The notes below the pieces were generated by a model. The model had not been told where the DNA came from. It saw only the letters and a program-made list of their open reading frames with translations, and did no database searches. A DNA stretch of 64,000 nt from Eledone cirrhosa (Eukaryota), in NCBI GenBank assembly GCA_964016885.1, contig OZ024745.1, positions 9,920,001-9,984,000 on the forward strand, in the 5' to 3' direction. Numbering within the stretch: the first letter of the stretch is position 1; every line of letters begins with the position of its first letter. Positions 30,101 through 40,500 of the stretch are shown here, piece by piece. A program made the translations under genes and the position numbers.

Positions 30101-32224
30101 CACCTATAACCCCCCTACTAGTTCCCTTCCACACACATAACAACACTGCTCCCCATACCGCTGGCGTGCCACCTATAACCCCCCTACTAGTTCCCTTCCA
30201 TTCCCATAACATCACTGCTCCCCATACCACTGACGTTCCACCTATAACCCCCCTACTAGTTCCCTTCCACACACATAACAACACTGCTCCCCATACCGCT
30301 GGCGTGCCACCTATAACCCCCCTACTAGTTCCCTTCCCTTCCCATAACATCACTGCTCCCCATACCACTGACATCCCACCTATAACCCCCCTACTAGTTC
30401 CCTTCCACACACATAACAACACTGCTCCCCATACCGCTGGCGTGCCACCTATAACCCTCCTAATAGTTCCCTTCCACACACATAACATCACTGCTCCCCA
30501 TACCACTGACGTGCCACCTATAACCCCTCTACTAGTTCCCTTCCACACACATAACATCACTGCTCCCCATACCGCTGGCGTGCCACCTATAACCCCCCTA
30601 CTAGTTCCCTTCCACACACATAACATCACTGCTCCCCATACCACTGACGTGCCACCTATAACCCCTCTACTAGTTCCCTTCCATTCCCATAACATCACTG
30701 CTCCCCATACCGCTGGCGTGCCACCTATAACCCCCCTACTAGTTCCCTTCCACACACATAACATCACTGCTCCCCATACCACTGACGTGCCACCTATAAC
30801 CCCTCTACTAGTTCCCTTCCACACACATAACATCACTGCTCCCCATACCACTGACGTGCCACCTATAACCCCCCTACTAGTTCCCTTCCACACACATAAC
30901 ATCACTGCTCCCCATACCACTGACGTTCCACCTATAACCCCCCTACTAGTTCCCTTCCATTCCCATAACATCACTGCTCCCCATACCACTGACGTGCCAC
31001 CTATAACCCCCCTACTAGTTCCCTTCCACACACATAACATCACTGCTCCCCATACCACTGACGTGTCACCTATAACCCCCCTACTAGTTCCCTTCCACAC
31101 ACATAACATCACTGCTCCCCATACCACTGACGTTCCACCTATAACCCCCCTACTAGTTCCCTTCCATTCCCATAACATCACTGCTCCCCATACCACTGAC
31201 GTGCCACCTATAACCCCCCTACTAGTTCCCTTCCACACACATAACATCACTGCTCCCCATACCACTGACGTGTCACCTATAACCCCCCTACTAGTTCCCT
31301 TCCACACACATAACATCACTGCTCCCCATACCACTGACGTGTCACCTATAACCCCCCTACTAGTTCCCTTCCACACACATAACATCACTGCTCCCCATAC
31401 CACTGACGTTCCACCTATAACCCCCCTACTAGTTCCCTTCCACACACATAACAACACTGCTCCCCATACCGCTGGCGTGCCACCTATAACCCTCCTAATA
31501 GTTCCCTTCCACACACAACATCACTGCTCCCCATACCACTGACGTGCCACCTATAACCCCCCTACTAGTTCCCTTCCACACACATAACAACACTGCTCCC
31601 CATACCGCTGGCGTGCCACCTATAACCCTCCTAATAGTTCCCTTCCACACACAACATCACTGCTCCCCATACCACTGACGTGCCACCTATAACCCCCCTA
31701 CTAGTTCCCTTCCACACACATAACAACACTGCTCCCCATACCGCTGGCGTGCCACCTATAACCCTCCTAATAGTTCCCTTCCACACACAACAACACTGCT
31801 CCCCATACCACTGACGTGCCACCTATAACCCCCCTACTAGTTCCCTTCCACACACATAACAACACTGCTCCCCATACCACTGACGTGTCACCTATAACTC
31901 CCCTACTAGTTCCCTTCCACACACATAACAACACTGCTCCCCATACCACTGACGTGCCACCTATAACCCCTCTACTAGTTCCCTTCCATTCCCATATCAC
32001 TGCTCCCCATACCACTGACGTACCACCTATAACCCCCCTACTAGTTCCCTTCCATTCCCATAACAACACTGCTCCCCATACCACTGAGGTACCACCTATA
32101 ACCCCCCTACTAGTTCCCTTCCATTCCCATAACATCACTGCTCCCCATACCACTGAGGTGCCACCTATAACCCCCCTACTAGTTCCCTTCCATTCCCATA
32201 ACATCACTGCTCCCCATACTTCTG
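24119..32224. repeat. 69-bp tandem minisatellite (about 117 units), consensus GACGTGCCACCTATAACCCCCCTACTAGTTCCCTTCCACACACATAACATCACTGCTCCCCATACCACT
   Basis: Period read directly and matches the 23-aa repeat in the ORF track on both strands. C-rich + strand. Scattered indels in the C run and the AC run. Confidence 0.98.
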
Positions 32225-32244
32225 GTGAGTCCTCAAGCTTACTC

Positions 32245-33135
32245 CCCTTCCACTCACAGTTCTCCATACTTCCAATGAAACCCCTGCTACTGCCCTTCCA
32301 CTCACAGTTCTCCATACTTCCAATGAAACCCCTGCTACTGCCCTTCCACTCACAGTTCTCCATACTTCCAATGAAACCCCTGCTACTGCCCTTCCACTCA
32401 GTTCTCCATACTTCCAATGAAACCCCTGCTACTGCCCTTCCACTCACAGTTCTCCATACTTCCAATGAAACCCCTGCTACTGCCCTTCCACTCACAGTTC
32501 TCCATACTTCCAATGAAACCCCTGCTACTGCCCTTCCACTCACAGTTCTCCATACTTCCAATGAAACCCCTGCTACTGCCCTTCCACTCACAGTTCTCCA
32601 TACTTCCAATGAAACCCCTGCTACTGCCCTTCCACTCAGTTCTCCATACTTCCAATGAAACCCCTGCTACTGCCCTTCCACTCACAGTTCTCCATACTTC
32701 CAATGAAACCCCTGCTACTGCCCTTCCACTCACAGTTCTCCATACTTCCAATGAAACCCCTGCTACTGCCCTTCCACTCACAGTTCTCCATACTTCCAAT
32801 GAAACCCCTGCTACTGCCCTTCCACTCACAGTTCTCCATACTTCCAATGAAACCCCTGCTACTGCCCTTCCACTCACAGTTCTCCATACTTCCAATGAAA
32901 CCCCTGCTACTGCCCTTCCACTCACAGTTCTCCATACTTCCAATGAAACCCCTGCTACTGCCCTTCCACTCACAGTTCTCCATACTTCCAATGAAACCCC
33001 TGCTACTGCCCTTCCACTCACAGTTCTCCATACTTCCAATGAAACCCCTGCTACTGCCCTTCCACTCACATGATTTCACTACTTCCAATGAAACCCCTGC
33101 TACTGCCCTTCCACTCACATGATTTCACTACTTCC
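32245..33135. repeat. 48-bp tandem minisatellite (about 18 units), consensus TTCTCCATACTTCCAATGAAACCCCTGCTACTGCCCTTCCACTCACAG
   Basis: Near-identical units. Two units lack 2 bp (near 32400 and 32638). The last units carry the variant TGATTTCACTACTTCC. Confidence 0.98.
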
Positions 33136-33676
33136 TACCCATAATCTCAGTTATCAAGTAACACTGAAAATGTTTTCATCTTGACATGAAAGCTGTACAT
33201 TTCTAAAGAAAAGGAAACATGAGATCCATGGCATTGCTAACCCCATTCGAGACACAAGAGGAGTGATATTAGCCTCGACTGTGTAGAGAACATTCTTTCA
33301 GATAGATCCACCTGAGGATATTGAGGGAGACTTATTGAAATAGCCATTCCAACTAACAGGGCTCACTTCTACCCCAAGAGCAGTAAGGAAGCAGTAGAAG
33401 AACAAACAAGAAGTCTCCATTGCTACAGGTTTAACAATTTGGAAGGATTTACTAAAATTATTAATGTTTGTTTTTATTAAGATAAAATTACAATGGAAAA
33501 TTTAAATAGGAACTCTTTAAAATGGGAGCTTTATATTCACAGAACTGGGGGAAGGGGATGCAATTTTTGGACAAGTTGGTATCAAAATGGTTAAGACTAT
33601 ATTTCACAGTAAAATTTGGATAGGAAGAACAAAAGATAACCACAAATAAATTAACCAAAACATTTCAACCTGAATA

Positions 33677-33843
33677 CAGGTAAAATTCTGTTATAACAAA
33701 TACCATTATAATGAATTTTTCAGTATAACAAATTTTTTTCCGATCCCCAAGCTAACAACAAACACTTGATTTGTTTCGGTCGATCTTCTTATAAAGAATG
33801 TTTCTTTATATCCAGTGAATTTCGTTATAACAGAATTTCACTG
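33677..33843. mobile_element. Non-autonomous Tc1/mariner (pogo/Tigger-like) MITE
   Basis: TA|CAGGTAAAATTCTGTTATAAC ... GTTATAACAGAATTTCACTG|TA gives imperfect TIRs of about 20 bp starting CAG, flanked by TA at 33675-76 and 33844-45. Confidence 0.75.
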
Positions 33844-34229
33844 TAGTATAAAAGAGACCTAATATGCAACCAAATTATATTTTCCCTTATATCCTAACAG
33901 CCAAAATTACTTCTGCCATTCTATGTACACAGAAGGAATTGTCATTTAATGTAGATTTAATTATTTTATTGGAAAACCTGCAAATACACACACAGAGTTG
34001 GCTGCTTGGTAGAGGCAAGTGGATCAATAAGAGAACAAGCTTGAAGGATTCTCTGAGCTCTATATAAAGGCAAACAGCATCATCTAACTGGATATAGTGA
34101 GACATTGAAGTGAGAGAATAATGAACTATATACTACCAAGTGAAATATAGTAGATTACATGTCAATAATGTGTACAATACATACACATTCATTAGCTTGC
34201 AGTAATGTTTATAGATACATAGCATCATA

Positions 34230-34236
34230 CATTTAT

Positions 34237-34277
<41 letters not shown>

Positions 34278-34282
34278 CACAC

Positions 34283-34323
<41 letters not shown>

Positions 34324-34364
34324 ATGCTAGTGTGGAAAATGGACGTTAAACAGCGATGATGATG

Positions 34365-34413
<49 letters not shown>

Positions 34414-34450
34414 TAGATACACAACATTATATATATGTGTGTGTGTGTGC
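34230..34450. repeat. Compound microsatellite (TA)n/(CA)n/(AG)n/(TG)n
   Basis: Three long TA runs (about 34243-34270, 34285-34320, 34369-34400) followed by AG and TG runs. Confidence 0.97.
34321..34366 (+). mobile_element. Isolated 3' tail of a non-LTR retroposon/SINE ending in (GAT)n
   Basis: CCATGCTAGTGTGGAAAATGGACGTTAAACAGCGATGATGATGAT resembles the tails at about 35695-35747 and 36415-36450. Confidence 0.65.
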
Positions 34451-34454
34451 ACAC

Positions 34455-35025
34455 CTCATCACCATCACCACTGGTTAACACCTATCATCCATGTTTACAT
34501 AAGTTAGACAGGCTGTCATGTTATAAGGTTAGACAGGATATGGGACCATATCTTGCTCATGTGCTTCAATTTGGTTTGGTCTTCTATGGTTGGATACCCC
34601 AGCACCATGGACTGAGAACATTTTATCATGACTCATACAACCACATAGTAAGCTGGATGTGTTTTTGTCATGGTACCAACACTATCATCTTTAACGATGG
34701 ACTGGGTGCCTTTTGTTGTGGCACCAGCACTACCACCATAACCCTTTAGCATTAACTTTACTCTATATTTACTAGTGTATTTTTGTGGTAAAGGCTTTCT
34801 CTTATACAATTATCTCACATAATATTGAATCTATGAGATTTTGATGTTATTCATTTTGAGAACAATACCTTTGTGTCAATATGAGTGGTCAGTTACAGTT
34901 GGTTTGAATAGAAAAAGGTAAGAGAATTCTGGTCGGATACTGCCAGTTTAAATGCTAAAGAATTAAAAAGTGGACTGGGTACAACAGTACTACATTAAAG
35001 AGTGGACTGGGTGCCTTTTGTTGCT
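34455..35025 (-). mobile_element. Degraded reverse-oriented copy of the (GAT)n-tailed retroposon family, interrupted by a MITE
   Basis: Starts with a CATCACCATCACC tail. Contains TTCTATGGTTGGATACCCC and CTGGGTGCCTTTTG, the reverse complements of the GGGCATCCAGCTGTAGAA and AAAAGCACCCAG motifs seen at 35600-35665. Confidence 0.55.
34742..34962. mobile_element. piggyBac-like MITE
   Basis: ATAA|CCCTTTAGCATT ... AATGCTAAAGAA|TTAA gives a 10/12 TIR match with a CCC start and TTAA-like target sites. Confidence 0.7.
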
Positions 35026-35333
35026 TTGTTTATGATGAGTTTTATTAACAAACAAAATAATTTTATCTTCAAATGCCATCTGATTTTTAGTATTTTTTCC
35101 CCCTCCAAATTATTACAGGCTAGGTGGTGGTGTAAATTTAGATGTTGGAATTGTAAGGGCAAATATATTTTTCTTAACACTAAATTTCCAATTGTGAAAT
35201 AGTATTATAGGGAATCAATCAACAAGGTACCAGACTTCATTCATTGAGTGGGGTGGCCCTCGTCAAATCGGACTAAGAAAACAATGTTCCCATTGCTGAT
35301 ACTATCTACCAGTTGCAACTCCTGGCAGAAAGG

Positions 35334-35513
35334 GCAATGTGAAATAAAGTGTCTTGCTCAAGGAAACAACACATCACCCGGTCTGAGAATTGAACTCACA
35401 ACCTTTCGATTGCAAGGTTAGAGCATTGGCCTTGCAATCGAAAGGTTGTGAGTTCAATTCTCAGAACAGATGATGTGTTATTTCCTTGAGCAAGACACTT
35501 TATTTCACATTGC
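35334..35513. repeat. Long inverted repeat: 84-bp arms, 12-nt spacer, 4 mismatches
   Basis: Left arm 35334-35417 (GCAATGTGAAATAAAG...TTGCAAGG) is the reverse complement of 35430-35513 (CCTTGCAA...CTTTATTTCACATTGC). Confidence 0.97.
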
Positions 35514-35545
35514 TCCAGTTTACTCAGCTGTAGAAATGAGATGAT
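35416..35545 (+). mobile_element. tRNA-derived SINE 5' region with CORE-like segment
   Basis: GGTTAGAGC (end of A box/D-arm), GAGTTCAATTC (B box) and CCTTGAGCAAGACACTT, similar to the CORE-SINE motif CCTTGGGCAAGTCACTT. Confidence 0.75.
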
Positions 35546-35569
35546 AGGGACTGGGATCCCTATCATTCC

Positions 35570-35748
35570 ACTGTAAAGTGGTCGTGGAGGTGCCATGGTA
35601 AAAAAGCACCCAGCACTCACTGTAAATGAGGTTGGTGTTAGGAAGGGCATCCAGCTGTAGAAATCAAGCCAGAATCAGTTCCCGTCCCACCCTTGCAAGC
35701 AGGGAAAAAGCGGACGTAAAATGAAATGATGAAATGATGATGATGATT
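35570..35748 (+). mobile_element. Retroposon/SINE 3' portion with (GAT)n tail
   Basis: AAAAAGCACCCAG...GTTGGTGTTAGGAAGGGCATCCAGCTGTAGAAA...GGAAAAAGCGGACGTAAAATG...GATGATGATGA; homologous to 36160-36230. Confidence 0.7.
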
Positions 35749-35859
35749 AAGTAGAATACAATGATAGCAGTAACCAGTAAGGGAACTTGTGTGTATTTAC
35801 TTAGATCAATGTAATTGTTTCTTAATAATCAATTCAATGTCATTAAAACAAGTTTTGTC

Positions 35860-36078
35860 CCCTTTTGTCACCATATTTCTAATGAATTTCTATTTAAATT
35901 AATAAAGAATTTTCAGGGATTTACTAAAATTATTGATTATTTTATTACTAAAATAGTAACTTAAAGATTTTATATAAAATTATGTTAGAAGACTTGAATT
36001 TAAATATGAACCCCTTAAAATGGATGGTTTCATTTCATAGAACCCGAGCTAGTTTTGGTTAGGGTGGTGTCAAAAGGG
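35860..36078. mobile_element. MITE with CCC...GGG ends (piggyBac-like)
   Basis: CCCTTTTGTCACCA ... TGGTGTCAAAAGGG gives a 14-bp TIR with one mismatch around an AT-rich interior. The TTAA TSD is not preserved. Confidence 0.65.
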
Positions 36079-36114
36079 ATATATATATTTTCTAAGAGAA
36101 TCAGGAGGATTCTT

Positions 36115-36452
36115 CAGTTGTGCCAATACATGACAAACTCCCTAGTGTTGGTGATTTACTTGATAAATGCACCCAGTACACTCTACAAAGTTGTTGGTGA
36201 TAGGAAGGGTGTCCAGCCATAGAAAATCTGCCAAATAAAAGGTTGGGAGGGCTCTTCAGCTGTGTCAAAGACATAACACCCCTATTGCTGGTGATAAAAT
36301 GTACTTGGTAGACCAGTGGAACATATGTAAGTGATAATGGACCACCAGCCTGTCTGAGCACTTGGTAGGGTGCAGGAATGTAAGCAAGATGCAGTCTGCT
36401 GATGACCTGTCCAGCCATTGCTAGCAGAGAAAGTGGACAATGCTGATGAGAC
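36115..36452 (+). mobile_element. Diverged copy of the same (GAT)n-tailed retroposon family
   Basis: AAATGCACCCAGTACACTC...GTTGGTGATAGGAAGGGTGTCCAGCCATAGAAA aligns with 35600-35665 and ends GCTAGCAGAGAAAGTGGACAATGCTGATGAG. Confidence 0.6.
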
Positions 36453-37229
36453 TATTTCAACAGGAAAGATAAGAGAAAAAAATGAAAATACTAAAAACAG
36501 AATCAAGCCAAATTGTACACAGAAGAGAAGATATCTGTAGAATGTCTACAATAAGAAAACTACAATGACACAGGTTATGAGGTCAGTGAAATATTCTAGC
36601 AGACATAAAGAGCTGTATTTCAGCTGAAACACAAACAAATATATTTGTTTATCAAAGCAATTGAATATCTCACACTATTTATAAATATATATATATATAT
36701 AGGCCTCATAAAAACTTAGTAGCTATGTAAGTATAATACTTATTGTCTGCTTTTTTAGCCTAACTATATTGTTCTCTGCAAAATATTAGAAATGTGGTGT
36801 CCTATGATATTGGTAGTGTGCAACCACTCTGGGGTCTTGGATTTTTAGCTTCAATTCTCTCCTAGAGCCTCATGATTGTTATGACGATGAAAGCTAACCT
36901 TAGTGAGTTCAAACATAAAAATGTCTAACTAATTAAATACCCAGCTGTTTTAGCCATACTCTGCTCCTAAAAATAATAAGAACCTCTAACAAAGGCATTA
37001 AATCAACCCCAGTGCTTGTCCTTAACACAATAAAAGCAGAGGTGACTCAACTGGATGACACCAATTCTATTTAATAACAGGACTTTCCCAGATAAACATT
37101 ATCTGAAAACTTCTGTACTGAACCACTCATCAATTTATATCCTAAGTTTGTAGTGAATAGAAATTATTATTTGTAGCAAGAGTTGCCTCCCTTGTTATGA
37201 CGATCACATCACCAGTAGCGCTCTCTAGA

Positions 37230-37306
37230 CAGGAAGTAGCTGGAGTTACTTCCCGTTGAGGTGGCAGAACCTTCTTTGTCACTTCCGTCCAGGGACCCTA
37301 TAAAGG
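37230..37306 (+). promoter_or_regulatory. Candidate Pol II promoter of the LTR-like element (ETS-like GGAAGT motifs plus TATA box)
   Basis: CAGGAAGT at 37230, ACTTCCCG at about 37248, ACTTCCGT at 37281, CCTATAAAGG at 37297-37306. Confidence 0.45.
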
Positions 37307-37521
37307 AGTGAGCTGAAAACAATCTCCCCCTCTTTTAACCTGCCTGGCCCTTCGGCCAGGCGTGTTCTGCCAGAGGGTATACTCTCTGGCAACCTGAACA
37401 TGGTAAAGACCTCTTGGGCTAATGCGCGATGACTTCAAAACGGTAAACAACTAACTTTAATTCATCCTTTCATCTCTCTTGGCATGTCAACTATTCTGCT
37501 CTACATAGCTCAACCTTGTTA

Positions 37522-37527
37522 AATAAA
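37522..37527 (+). terminator. Candidate polyadenylation signal AATAAA
   Basis: AATAAA followed by CA dinucleotides and a GT-rich segment (GTGTCTTGTT) about 20 nt downstream. Confidence 0.45.
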
Positions 37528-37534
37528 CATTGTA

Positions 37535-40500
37535 CATACAACCGAGTGTCTTGTTATATTCATACAACCCAGTGTCTTGTTATATTCATACAACCCAGTG
37601 TCTTGTTATATTCATACAACCCAGTGTCTTGTTATATTCATACAACCCAGTGTCTTGTTATATTCATACAACCCAGTGTCTTGTTATATTCATACAACCC
37701 AGTGTCGCTGTTATATTCATACAACCCAGTGTCTTGTTATATTCATACAACCGAGTGTCTTGTTATATGCATACAACCCAGTGTCTTGTTATATTCATAC
37801 AACCCAGTGTCTTGTTATATTCATACAACCGAGTGTCTTGTTATATTCATACAACCCAGTGTCTTGTTATATTCATACAACCCAGTGTCTTGTTATATTC
37901 ATACAACCCAGTGTCTTGTTATATTCATACAACCCAGTGTCTTGTTATATTCATACAACCCAGTGTCTTGTTATATTCATACAACCCAGTGTCTTGTTAT
38001 ATTCATACAACCCAGTGTCTTGTTATATTCATACAACCCAGTGTCTTGTTATATTCATACAACCCAGTGTCGCTGTTATATTCATACAACCCAGTGTCTT
38101 GTTATATTCATACAACCGAGTGTCTTGTTATATGCATACAACCCAGTGTCTTGTTATATTCATACAACCCAGTGTCGCTGTTATATTCATACAACCAAGT
38201 GTCGCTGTTATATTCATACAACCGAGTGTCGCTGTTATATTCATACAACCCAGTGTCGCTGTTATATTCATACAACCCAGTGTCGCTGTTATATTCATAC
38301 AACCGAGTGTCGCTGTTATATTCATACAACCCAGTGTCGCTGTTATATTCATACAACCCAGTGTCGCTGTTATATTCATACAACCCAGTGTCGCTGTTAT
38401 ATTCATACAACCCAGTGTCGCTGTTATATTCATACAACCCAGTGTCGCTGTTATATTCATACAACCCAGTGTCTTGTTATATTCATACAACCCAGTGTCT
38501 TGTTATATTCATACAACCCAGTGTCTTGTTATATTCATACAACCCAGTGTCTTGTTATATTCATACAACCCAGTGTCTTGTTATATTCATACAACCCAGT
38601 GTCTTGTTATATTCATACAACCCAGTGTCTTGTTATATTCATACAACCCAGTGTCTTGTTATATTCATACAACCGAGTGTCTTGTTATATTCATACAACC
38701 CAGTGTCTTGTTATATTCATACAACCCAGTGTCGCTGTTATATTCATACAACCCAGTGTCGCTGTTATATTCATACAACCGAGTGTCGCTGTTATATTCA
38801 TACAACCCAGTGTCGCTGTTATATTCATACAACCGAGTGTCGCTGTTATATTCATACAACCCAGTGTCGCTGTTATATTCATACAACCCAGTGTCGCTGT
38901 TATATTCATACAACCCAGTGTCGCTGTTATATTCATACAACCCAGTGTCTTGTTATATTCATACAACCCAGTGTCTTGTTATATTCATACAACCCAGTGT
39001 CTTGTTATATTCATGCAACCCAGTGTCTTGTTATATTCATACAACCCAGTGTCTTGTTATATTCATACAACCGAGTGTCTTGTTATATTCATACAACCCA
39101 GTGTCTTGTTATATTCATACGACCCAGTGTCGCTGTTATATTCATACAACCCAGTGTCGCTGTTATATTCATACAACCCAGTGTCGCTGTTATATTCATA
39201 CAACCGAGTGTCGCTGTTATATTCATACAACCCAGTGTCGCTGTTATATTCATACAACCCAGTGTCGCTGTTATATTCATACAACCCAGTGTCGCTGTTA
39301 TATTCATACAACCCAGTGTCGCTGTTATATTCATACAACCCAGTGTCGCTGTTATATTCATACAACCCAGTGTCGCTGTTATATTCATACAACCCAGTGT
39401 CGCTGTTATATTCATACAACCCAGTGTCTTGTTATATTCATACAACCCAGTGTCTTGTTATATTCATACAACCCAGTGTCTTGTTATATTCATACAACCG
39501 AGTGTCTTGTTATATTCATACAACCCAGTGTCTTGTTATATTCATACAACCCAGTGTCGTTGTTATATTCATACAACCCAGTGTCTTGTTATATTCATAC
39601 AACCGAGTGTCGCTGTTATATTCATACAACCGAGTGTCGCTGTTATATTCATACAACCCAGTGTCGCTGTTATATTCATACAACCCAGTGTCGCTGTTAT
39701 ATTCATACAACCCAGTGTCGCTGTTATATTCATACAACCCAGTGTCGCTGTTATATTCATACAACCCAGTGTCGCTGTTATATTCATACAACCCAGTGTC
39801 GCTGTTATATTCATACAACCCAGTGTCGCTGTTATATTCATACAACCCAGTGTCTTGTTATATTCATACAACCCAGTGTCTTGTTATATTCATACAACCG
39901 AGTGTCTTGTTATATTCATACAACCCAGTGTCTTGTTATATTCATACAACCCAGTGTCTTGTTATATTCATACAACCCAGTGTCGCTGTTATATTCATAC
40001 AACCCAGTGTCTTGTTATATTCATACAACCGAGTGTCGCTGTTATATTCATACAACCCAGTGTCGCTGTTATATTCATACAACCCAGTGTCGCTGTTATA
40101 TTCATACAACCCAGTGTCGCTGTTATATTCATACAACCCAGTGTCGCTGTTATATTCATACAACCCAGTGTCGCTGTTATATTCATACAACCGAGTGTCG
40201 CTGTTATATTCATACAACCCAGTGTCTTGTTATATTCATACAACCGAGTGTCTTGTTATATTCATACAACCCAGTGTCTTGTTATATTCATACAACCCAG
40301 TGTCGCTGTTATATACATACAACCCAGTGTCGCTGTTATATTCATACAACCCAGTGTCTTGTTATATTCATACAACCCAGTGTCGCTGTTATATTCATAC
40401 AACCCAGTGTCGCTGTTATATTCATACAACCCAGTGTCGCTGTTATATTCATACAACCGAGTGTCGCTGTTATATTCATACAACCCAGTGTCTTGTTATA

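Larger units (their letters stand above)
37172..37560 (+). mobile_element. LTR-like element (probable solo LTR) whose 3' end is expanded into the 26/27-bp satellite
   Basis: GC-richer block with candidate TG starts (TGTAGCAAGA at 37172 or TGTTATGAC at 37193), GGAAGT/ACTTCC motifs, TATAAA at 37299-37304, two hairpins and AATAAA at 37522-37527 in U3-R-U5 order. The far end of the array reads GTTATAAC (61155-61162). No clean TSD was found. Confidence 0.55.

Noticed and set aside
24119-32224. Telomeric repeat (TAACCC-like motif)
   Set aside because: Only one TAACCCC per 69-bp unit and no (TTAGGG)n tract.
23989-33122. Annotating the 23-aa and 16-aa repeat ORFs as CDS
   Set aside because: Repeated frameshifts, mirror ORFs on both strands and no unique N- or C-terminal domain. 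Retained only as a hypothesis in findings.
35416-35470. Functional tRNA gene (also 61835-61892)
   Set aside because: A/B boxes are present but there is no complete cloverleaf, and the sequence continues into SINE body.
33864-36506. Short ORFs of 60-105 aa in the unique interval
   Set aside because: They overlap microsatellites, SINEs and MITEs, and show no recognisable domains or consistent splice structure.
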